The translations under genes and the position numbers were made by a program. DNA of 63,524 nucleotides, filler included, from Octopus bimaculoides (Eukaryota): assembly GCF_001194135.2 (NCBI RefSeq). It is 5 parts of 4 records of this genome, joined end to end, with 100 filler letters (N's around TTAATTAATTAA, not from the genome) between each part and the next. Parts side by side here need not be neighbours in the genome. Positions count along the whole stretch, not along the records: positions 1 to 25,698 come from NC_068985.1; 4 more parts are not named here. One strand, written 5' to 3'. Positions 1 to 8,800 of the stretch are shown piece by piece (position 1 is the first letter of the stretch; every line of letters begins with the position of its first letter). The notes under the pieces were generated by a model. It made no database searches and had not been told where the DNA came from. It saw nothing but the letters and a program-made list of their open reading frames with translations.

Positions 1-55
<55 letters not shown>

Positions 56-56
56 A
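1..56. repeat. (TA)n/(CA)n microsatellite, representative of many (e.g. 3302-3332, 25019-25095, 27213-27271, 30808-30842, 41710-41781, 47113-47190, 51240-51576, 55725-55820)
   Basis: Direct reading; most assembly gaps are bounded by such repeats. Confidence 0.95.
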
Positions 57-80
57 ACATATACATACATAGACACACAT

Positions 81-226
81 ATACGACATGCTTCTTTCAG
101 TTCCTGTCTACCAAAACCACTCACAAGGCTTTAATCGGCATGAGGCTAAGATAGAAGAAACCGGGACTGAAACCGGAACCATGTGATTGGGAAACAAACT
201 TCTTACCACACAGCCACGCCTGTGCC
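81..226 (-). mobile_element. SINE family B (tRNA-like head, ttgggcaagt-type core), partial
   Basis: Same sequence as the copies at 24047-24422, 31043-31385 and 56669-56833 (cttctttcagttt..ctaccaaa.ccactcacaaggc...cttaccacacagccac). Confidence 0.85.
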
Positions 227-839
227 TTAATGTTTTTTGTTTTAATGATTTTCTTGTACATTAATTGCTAATATACACTTGTAGCAGTTATGAAATGTCA
301 GGACCATATTTCCATACATCTGTGTGAATGTCATTGCTTCGAGTTCTGCCTAGTAGTGTAACATGTGTGCCATCCCACAGCAGCCCTACAGATTGTCGCC
401 CCCACTCCTACCTTGGACCCCAATGCTTGTAGAGCATATGCAAAAGTGTTGCCTCCATAAAAGCATCGCTCAGGACGGTTCTGCCTATGATTGATATATC
501 TTGTCTCTCTCACTATGTCATTAGGACATCCCCTATTTCTATTTCCAAGCTTCATAACTTCAGAAAGAACTTACAAGGATCACAGGTTGAACACTTAATG
601 TAACCAAACAGTTTTTTTTTTGTTTTTTTTTTTAGGTGTGTTTTTAACTTGACTAAAAATTGCTTGTTAGTAATAAATCTTACAACATGGTTTTGAAATA
701 CTTCAATTATGAAAATGTTTTCTCAAAACCATGTAACAATTTAATCTATACATTTGTAGTCTGTCAAAGTAAATTTTATGTATTTCAGTTCTGGTTTTAA
801 TTAGTATTCAATCTGATTTCAAAGGGTGTTCTTTTTTTT

Positions 840-1760
840 AGAAAGAGTTACCCATGCTAATGCAATTTTGTGGCTGAAAGCAACTTCATTATAGTTTGAA
901 GCTGATAGGTTATGCCCTACATGGACAAATTCTTCTACTTGCTTTGTAGTCTACTATAAAGTGGTATTGCCTTGCTTTGACTATGTCTTACACGTAATTA
1001 TGCATTTGGATATCCCAAGATTAATTTGGAGATCTGCTTCTTTTGTACTTACATCTAAATGATTAATAACATCTTGAAGGCTAGCAGTGCCATTCTTGAT
1101 AGTGGCAATATCATTTGCAAAGGTTAGCTTAGGTTAAAGACTATGACATCCTATACAGAACTCACTACCTTTCTTTTTCTTCAATTTTTAAGATAACATT
1201 ATCCAGAACTACTCAGAAAAAACTCTTTCATTGTTCACAAATCAACTGGTGCCAACATTAGTCTTGATAACCAATTGTGAACTTTCATATGTAGATTTTA
1301 GAGTGGAGGTGATGTATTTTGGTCATGGCTGCCTTGTATAATGTTATATCTTATGAATTATATTTCGTTACAAAACAAATCGTTACAAAACTCCAGAAGT
1401 CTTACACCCTCCTCATTTTCTTGAATCATATTCATAACCTCAGTGCATACCATGGAAGCCATCAATATGCCATCCAATGTGGCCATTGAAGTCACCAGTC
1501 ATAATAATGAAGTTACTGTCAACTATCATAAAAGTAGTCTGCAAAAGGGTCTCATAGAAACAGTCCTATTTTTCTGTCAATAATAGAATAACAGTCACCA
1601 TTGAGTTACCTATAACTATCCTCCTACAGCACACTTTGACTACCTCCCTTACTTTTTGCATCCATTTTTCAGCTAATAATATGCCTGTTCCACCTCTGTT
1701 GACACTATTACTCACTCAGCAGAATTTGTATACCTGTCAGAAGTTTTGATGAAGATCCTT
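840..1760 (-). mobile_element. Decayed RTE-clade LINE fragments (endonuclease and RT pieces)
   Basis: Minus-strand MTGDFNGHIGWHIDGFHGMH (APE motif, ~1443-1503), LTFANDIATI..SLQDVINHL (degenerate YADD region) and QVEEFVHVG..IALAW. Confidence 0.7.
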
Positions 1761-2046
1761 TCCACCTTACCTTTTTCACCAAATGTGCTTATGTTTATGC
1801 TTACAGCCTTAAAGCTTTAGAATTTATAGGAAGATGGGGGTGTATCTTCGGTAGGAAGACTGTTTGTTGATTACTGTTTGACGATATCTGCACTCATGAG
1901 GAGTAAGAATTGTTCCATAGCTTGCCAGCAATTTGTAGATTTACACACATCTAATTTGCTATCATTCATCCATTCTTCAACACTTGCTGCATCAGTCACA
2001 AATAGATGTAGTTGATTATTATTATCAATAAATAATAAGCATTCTT

Positions 2047-2274
2047 ATTTCTTTATTGCCCACAAGGAGCTAAACATAGAGGGGACAAACAAGGACAGAC
2101 AAAGGGATTAAGTCGATTACATCGACCCCAGTGTGTAACTGGTACTTAATTTATCGACCCCGAAAGGATGAAAGGCAAAGTCAACCTCGGCGGAATTTGA
2201 ACTCAGAACGTAGCGGCAGACGAAATACCGCTAAGCATTTTTCCCGGCGTGCTAACGTTTCTGCTAGCTCACCT
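2047..2274 (-). mobile_element. SINE family A, full length, with 11-bp target-site duplication
   Basis: B-box-like gttctgagttcaaattcc and the shared ttgcctttcatcctttcggggtcgataa core; TAAGCATTCTT at both 2036-2046 and 2275-2285. Confidence 0.9.
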
Positions 2275-2504
2275 TAAGCATTCTTAATGTCATTAACATA
2301 ACCAGTTTTATGGGTGTCTGCTGTCTTTTTATTATTGTTGTTGGAAGGATGCTGAAAGAGATGGAGGAAATGTGGCAGGGAAGATAAGAAAGCAAGATTT
2401 CCGGCATAGTATTGCAGACGGAATTGAGTGGGCAGATCACAAGCAAGCAAACTTCAAACTTTCATGGGAGACAAAATATTAATATCAATATTAAAGAGAA
2501 ACAA

Positions 2505-2718
2505 GGCTGCAAGCTGGCAAAATTGTTAGCATGCTGAGTAAAATGCTTAGCAGTATCTCATACATCTTTATGTTCTGAGTTCAAATGCCACTGAGGTTAA
2601 CTTTGCCTTTCATCCTTTTGGGGTCAATAAAATAAGTACCAGTTGAACACCGGGGGTCAATGCAATCAACTTAGCCCCTTCCTCAAACCTGCTGGCCTTG
2701 TGCCAAAATTTGAAACTA
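2505..2718 (+). mobile_element. SINE family A, diverged and CpG-decayed copy
   Basis: Aligns by eye with the 2047-2274 copy in the opposite orientation. Confidence 0.85.
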
Positions 2719-3149
2719 ACATTAAATAGAAACTTATGCACTTCTAAATTTACTCTTTTATTGTTCTTAACAGTATCAGACCTTAGTCCTACTTAAGTGT
2801 CTATCATTATATAAATAGTCATTCATACTATGACAGTCTATGCGCTGATTCTCTTTTTCTTTCAATATGGCATATATCTACAATATATTTTGTATGATGT
2901 ACTTTGTTATTATTTATTGCAAATAGGATTAAAGAAGGTAGAGTTCATAGTGTCTCTGTTTATAAATTAGTCAATCTGACTTGATCAAATGCAACATATC
3001 AACACATGATTTCAAATTCTCTTTAGTCGATCTCATCAGAAAGATAAAGGGACAACTCTTTTCTCCAAACCAAACCAATAAATAAAACAATTTTGAAATT
3101 CACTTCTTCTCATGTATATACCAGTCTCTTTAATTTATTTTTTTATTTA

Positions 3150-3296
3150 AATTTTACTTTAGCTCAATGTAAATGACCAATATGTTTGTGAGAAGGTGAT
3201 TGTTGAAAGTGGGAGTGATAGGCAAATAGTGTAGGAATCCCAGTGGCTGCTCTTGGGAAGGTGACACAGTTGATGTTTCCAAAGACTGTGGTAAAT

Positions 3297-3337
<41 letters not shown>

Positions 3338-4600
3338 AAAATTTGATGAGGACAGAAGTACACTATTTGAAGGTAGAGGAAGAAATAATGGAAGGCTGCT
3401 AGTCTTGTTGGTTTAAAGTGATCAGAAGTGGTATTGCACAGAGTGTGTATATGTATGTGGTGATTAGACTTGTGAGATGAAGAAGAAATGTTTTGGAGGA
3501 GTTTTGCTAAGAGAATACAGTGTGGAGTTGGATGCAAAGCAGGCAGCAAATGTAGATGCTTTCTCTGTAAGAGTATTATTCACAAAGCTATGATATTCAG
3601 GAGTGGCAGAAAGAAAAATTCCATAAAGTTGGTGACCAAGTGACCAAAACCAGCTGCAGTTTGGAATTGAGTAGAGCTTGCTGGTAGTGTAATACACAAA
3701 AGGATCTTTTGCTCTGCAGATGATAAATTTAGAAGACTTGCAGTTAAGGATAAAAGCCACCTACTTGGTAGGGATTGATGACATTTTTCTGCAGGCATAG
3801 GCCTTCATATTCTTTGTCTTACTGCAACAGAGTTATATTATGATTGTGTGAAAGGTGTTATGAGATATGCTTTATGAGGAAAGATTCATTCACCTGCTTC
3901 AGGTAGAGTTTTGGAAAAGCTATCACTACTTCATGGGGAATGAAAAAGGCATGGAATTGGGAGTGCAAAATGTAAAAAATTATTTTAGAAGTGTAATTCT
4001 CATTGTATAAAACAGGAATACAAAAAAAAAAACCCCAAGAAAATTAAGGAACATCTACAAACCATCTCACCCAATTCCATGACCTTCTCCATTACTATGA
4101 GCTAGAGATAGCAATTTCAAAACTCCGCTCTGCTTAGAAGTCTCTGGTAGGTCTGGGGGAAGCACATGTGCTGCTAGAACTAGCAGAAATCTACTAGATA
4201 ATTGTCTTGAAATGTTACAGGGGTCAGGAATGTGAGAGATGATTGATGTGTGGTGGATAGTCGTGGTCAGGCAGTGAAGTCCGACTACGGTGCTTTGATA
4301 AAAGTTGTGTTTTGGTGTAGGGAAGAAAGATTAAGAGCATCTACGTGCGGGTGATGATGCTAAGAGTTAAGGATTGGAAAATATTCGATTCCTGTACCTG
4401 AAGCATAATAAGGCAAGAAGGAGGTGAGAAGCAAGAAACGTTGTGGACATTGAAGCCTTCAAGGGCGATAACTTTAGAAAAGGAAGAAGTGAAGTAACTG
4501 TCCTTGGTTCATCGAGAGAAAAGGCTAAGCAGTTGTTAGTGTTTAGAGTGTTTGGAAGTAATTCTGTGAATAGCAGAGGTAGCAGATAAAATTGACTCTA
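3150..4600 (-). mobile_element. Decayed CR1/Crack(L2)-like LINE, endonuclease to linker region
   Basis: Minus-strand remnants VIALEGFNVH (GDFN-like), TTSDHF (SDH motif) and EKASTFAACFASNSTL (Crack-type linker); many stops and frameshifts. Confidence 0.65.
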
Positions 4601-5310
4601 TTAACTTATAAACGTACTCGTTTTATCTGTCAATATCCTTCTACGCCATTGGAAATTGAGGATTTAATAATACACGATTATTAAAATATGACTCAAGTAA
4701 TTGTCTTCGAGAACTTGTTCGTCAACGATTTCAGGTGCTAAACATCACACCACCAACAGCAACGAAAACTGAGCATGATCTCTGCATTTTCATCTAGATA
4801 GTATAAGTCGAGGGAACCATTCATTATATATGTAGAATGAGAGGTGAATTTTGTCTAAATAATTTTGTTTTTCCAAATTTGTTTAACATTCCTATCGATT
4901 AAGCTGAAATAAATTCGCCTTTTTCAAAGTGGAAAGGTCTGTTTAAACTTAATGTTATATGTGAAATGGTAAGACAACGCCGAACCAGGCGAAAACGTCA
5001 CACATTCTTTGTAAACTTGTAGAGAAAGAATTACAGTTAAAAACGCGACGAAGAAAATTTAAAAGTGATTTGCTCTTTAAGTATTAGTTTTTATGCCATG
5101 TAGTTAATCGGAAGATATTGTTATCAATGAATTGGCAAAGAAATTAATAGTCAGTAATTTTCGAAGCACTCAGTCATAATGTCTTACGGTAGATAGTTCT
5201 ACTTTGGGGGTTTAGATATTTTCTCTGGAGGAAAGAAGTATATCTACAGTATACACCTTTATTAAACGACAACTCTCACAATTCAAATTTGCATTTCAAT
5301 TAAATAAAGT

Positions 5311-6801
5311 ATGAAATCTTCAAAAGAGAACTGCTCGACATCGGGAATAAAATTTGGGTTTGAAAACAGTCGGACTGAATGTAAGGATTTGACATCAATT
5401 TTTAAGCTACTTGACGATCTTTTTCGAGACAATGTTGAGGATAATTTCTGTCATAATGAATCTCTACAAGCCTATGTTAGCCGAATGGCTCACGAATTAA
5501 AACGATCTGCAAGTATTTTACCAGCATTTCTAAGCAGTTTAGGTAGACTGAATATTAATTTACAGGAATTTGAAGCCAGAAATCAAGTCTTAACTCGTTT
5601 GTTGGAAAATGGTAACCCTTCAACGATATCATTTCCCTATAGCGACATAATCGAAGAATTGAATAGTCATAAATTAGCAATTGTAACCCTGGTTAACAAA
5701 GTCGCAGATCTCCGAGCTGACTTCCTACTTGACAAGAAAAATGAAGATGTTCTATATGATAATTACGTTGCTAAAAAAACAGCCGAACAGCTAGAACTAA
5801 AGTCATGTAAATCAGTTAAGTTGTCTGGGGTTGAACAAACAACGGACAATAATATTTTCACTTTTTCTAACACCGAAGTCAAGTCGGCAGACAGCATATT
5901 TGAATTTAGAACGAATTCTCGAGATAATATTCAAACTAAAGATACTGCCCTGACAGAAAAAGAAACCACGGCTAAGTCTGAGACAGATGATTCAAAGGAT
6001 AATAATAAAACTTTAGAGCGTTCTAATATTTGTGTTAAACTCGATATTCAAATGCCCCGTCGGTGTGTATCAGAAAATATAGATGAATGTAAAATCTATG
6101 GTAAGGTTTACCACACATCAGACTGTGACGTTAATTTTGCTGTTAAAAATGGTTCGATGGAAACTTTAGAAAAATTCTTACTTTTCCAAGATGAAGAGGT
6201 GTCGGTTCTTCGGAAGTTAACAAGTTGTATAATGAATCTTATAGCTCGGTGCCAATACCTTGAAGAAGAGAAAGACACCATCATGCGTGCTCTGGAGCAA
6301 GCAAAAGCGTGTTCACAAACTATTTGCGGTAACCTTCATCAACAAATCACAGCCCTTCGAGGAAAATATGAAATTCTACAAGCAACACTGACTTTGCTTC
6401 TTAATAAGTTTGAACAAGACGTAACTACAAGGGCGCTTTCAAATCCTATAAATGCTCCAAACGAAAATCAGTTCAAACCTTCAACCGTGAGCGACCCTGT
6501 TATGATAACATCCATATCACAATACAATAACACAACTGAAGTTAATCAAAAAGAATCAAGTCTATTGATGGAAAGTGCAGAAAAGGAAGAAATAACAGAT
6601 GAGACGGATGATGCTACTGATGTTGTGGATGATGACCAAACATCTCAAATATCTAATGACACTTTAAGTTGCGAAGTTAAGGAAGAAGTTGACATTCCGC
6701 TAGATGACCTTGAAGCTTCTTTGCAAACAAACATTGATTTAGAGAAAGAAATGGTCGCAATTATAGACAAGGAATTAGCCAAGTTACTTCAGAATAAATA
6801 A
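5311..6801 (+). CDS. Single-exon 496-aa protein of unknown function; predicted helical/coiled-coil segments and an acidic C-terminal region
   Basis: Uninterrupted 1491-nt ORF in AT-rich DNA. In-frame TAA at 5305-5307 precedes the ATG. Heptad-like segments (LIARCQYLEEEKDTIMRALEQAK, LHQQITALRGKYEILQATL), acidic stretch EEITDETDDATDVVDDD, AATAAA at 6860-6865. No TE or known-domain motif recognised. Confidence 0.8.
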   Translation: MKSSKENCSTSGIKFGFENSRTECKDLTSIFKLLDDLFRDNVEDNFCHNESLQAYVSRMAHELKRSASILPAFLSSLGRLNINLQEFEARNQVLTRLLENGNPSTISFPYSDIIEELNSHKLAIVTLVNKVADLRADFLLDKKNEDVLYDNYVAKKTAEQLELKSCKSVKLSGVEQTTDNNIFTFSNTEVKSADSIFEFRTNSRDNIQTKDTALTEKETTAKSETDDSKDNNKTLERSNICVKLDIQMPRRCVSENIDECKIYGKVYHTSDCDVNFAVKNGSMETLEKFLLFQDEEVSVLRKLTSCIMNLIARCQYLEEEKDTIMRALEQAKACSQTICGNLHQQITALRGKYEILQATLTLLLNKFEQDVTTRALSNPINAPNENQFKPSTVSDPVMITSISQYNNTTEVNQKESSLLMESAEKEEITDETDDATDVVDDDQTSQISNDTLSCEVKEEVDIPLDDLEASLQTNIDLEKEMVAIIDKELAKLLQNK

Positions 6802-8490
6802 TGAAATTAATGTACTTCACTAGAAACTGAATTACTTCGTAAAGGTGTGCAAAATTATTAATAAATCAAGACGACTTTAACAGCAAGTCTTATGGTGCCT
6901 ATGTTGTCACTCACGCTATGTTATGTCAGTTTCTTATAAACGAAAAAAGTAAGCATTGTTTATATTGGATGATTATTATTTTTAAAGAAGCAATAGTTGA
7001 CTTCGAAGAATGTAGATATTGTTTACAATTCATTTACATTAAATTATCATACAACTGTTCGTACTGTATAGGAATTAATCTTATAACAAAAAAAAAACTT
7101 AGTGAACACCTATGATAAAAAAAAAAAATGCTTAACTAACGATTTGCTGGGGGTGTTTCGGATAAGGATGTCCACTTGTTGGATTTACTTCGTTTTGACG
7201 GGAATTTTTCCAGTTTATGTTTTCACCATGGCCTTTGAAATGAACGGAGAAGTTTTTTTTATGGAAAAAAATTTTTCAAACTTTATGATTTTTTTTCACC
7301 GCGCAACCCGCTACCCCTATCTGGATAGATGTTGAGTAATTTATTATTTTTCTGCACTACGCACTTAAAAACGATGGGAGAAACCTGTCAGGTAAAAAAA
7401 AAAAAATTCTGAAGAAAAGGTGTGTGATTCAAGGGAGATTTAACTGTTGTTTNNNNNNNNNNNNNNNNNNNNNNNNNNNNNNNNNNNNNNNNNNNNNNNN
7501 NNNNNNNNNNNNNNNNNNNNNNNNNNNNNNNNNNNNNNNNNNNNNNNNNNNNNNNNNNNNNNNNNNNNNNNNNNNNNNNNNNNNNNNNNNNNNNNNNNNN
7601 NNNNNNNNNNNNNNNNNNNNNNNNNNNNNNNNNNNNNNNNNNNNNNNNNNNNNNNNNNNNNNNNNNNNNNNNNNNNNNNNNNNNNNNNNNNNNNNNNNNN
7701 NNNNNNNNNNNNNNNNNNNNNNNNNNNNNNNNNNNNNNNNNNNNNNNNNNNNNNNNNNNNNNNNNNNNNNNNNNNNNNNNNNNNNNNNNNNNNNNNNNNN
7801 NNNNNNNNNNNNNNNNNNNNNNNNNTTATTTTAATAGCATACTTGGTAAATATATTTTTCTTACGCACACTACACGCACGGACTCGCTTGATGCGGTGGT
7901 GGAGGGGTTAAAATATGAATTACAATTTTTTTGTTGCTTAGATCCCAGCATTGGACAGCCATTCCATAAAATGTGTTTATAGGGAGAAAAATATAGAAAA
8001 ACATCAATACATGTCAGGTCGTAGGATATGCAAGAAACAACAGCTAAATCTCCCTTAAAATCACATACCTTTTCTTCTGAAAATATTTCAAAACTTTATT
8101 TTTTTTTTTCTACCGGTGTGAAGTGCAAAAAAAAAAAAAAACAGAAATTGGCCAAAAATAATTAATGAAAAATAATCATAAATTTTCGAAAATTTCTTTT
8201 CATAAGAAGCTTCTCCACATTATTTCGAAGGTTGTTCTGAAAACAAAAACTGAACAAATCCCCGTCAAAATGGGAGAAAATTCAATTTAAATGAGCACTC
8301 TGATCCGAAACTCCGCCCATTAAAACTTGTGAACGCTTAGGTGAGCTCTAGGGCTTCCTTTCGGTTTAAACATCATTATTACCTTTGCAAACAAGCTGGT
8401 TTTATAACTGCGGGATTAAACAACAAAAACACTCTGAGGAAAATACAAAAGTAGACTTGGATATCCTGAATAAACGAAACGACTATTAAA

Positions 8491-8524
<34 letters not shown>

Positions 8525-8800
8525 TGTTGTATGTGTATGTGTTCTTTTCTGCTTTAAAAAATTAGGTAGTTCAATGATTAAAAAGAAATTTCTGTATTGA
8601 CGTTTAATAAGTGAATTCAAAATATTTACATATTCGTTTCGCTTACTCGGGATATACAAGTCTATTTTATATTTTCCCGGTTTGTTTTGATTTCGTTAAT
8701 AATCCCGCAGCTTTGAATTTAAAAACCTATCACGGGCGATCCACATGCAGTTTTAAAATATCTGACAGCTGTTATTGAATTATTAACATTTGGGTTATAT

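Noticed and set aside
331-555. 74-aa minus-strand ORF with an internal AAG/gtagga donor
   Set aside because: Poor acceptor; NRNRGCP..DIVRET resembles the RTE C-terminal RGRP..D...DT motif and lies just downstream of RTE remnants on the same strand. I cannot fully exclude an exon.
7424-7911. Long ORFs spanning N-runs (also 26514-27396, 41622-42782, 45882-46260, 48004-49050, 50425-50733)
   Set aside because: Open only because N codons translate as X.
7895-7912. ggaggggTTAA resembling a piggyBac right end
   Set aside because: No matching left end is visible; it may lie in the adjacent gap, so the call is unsupported.
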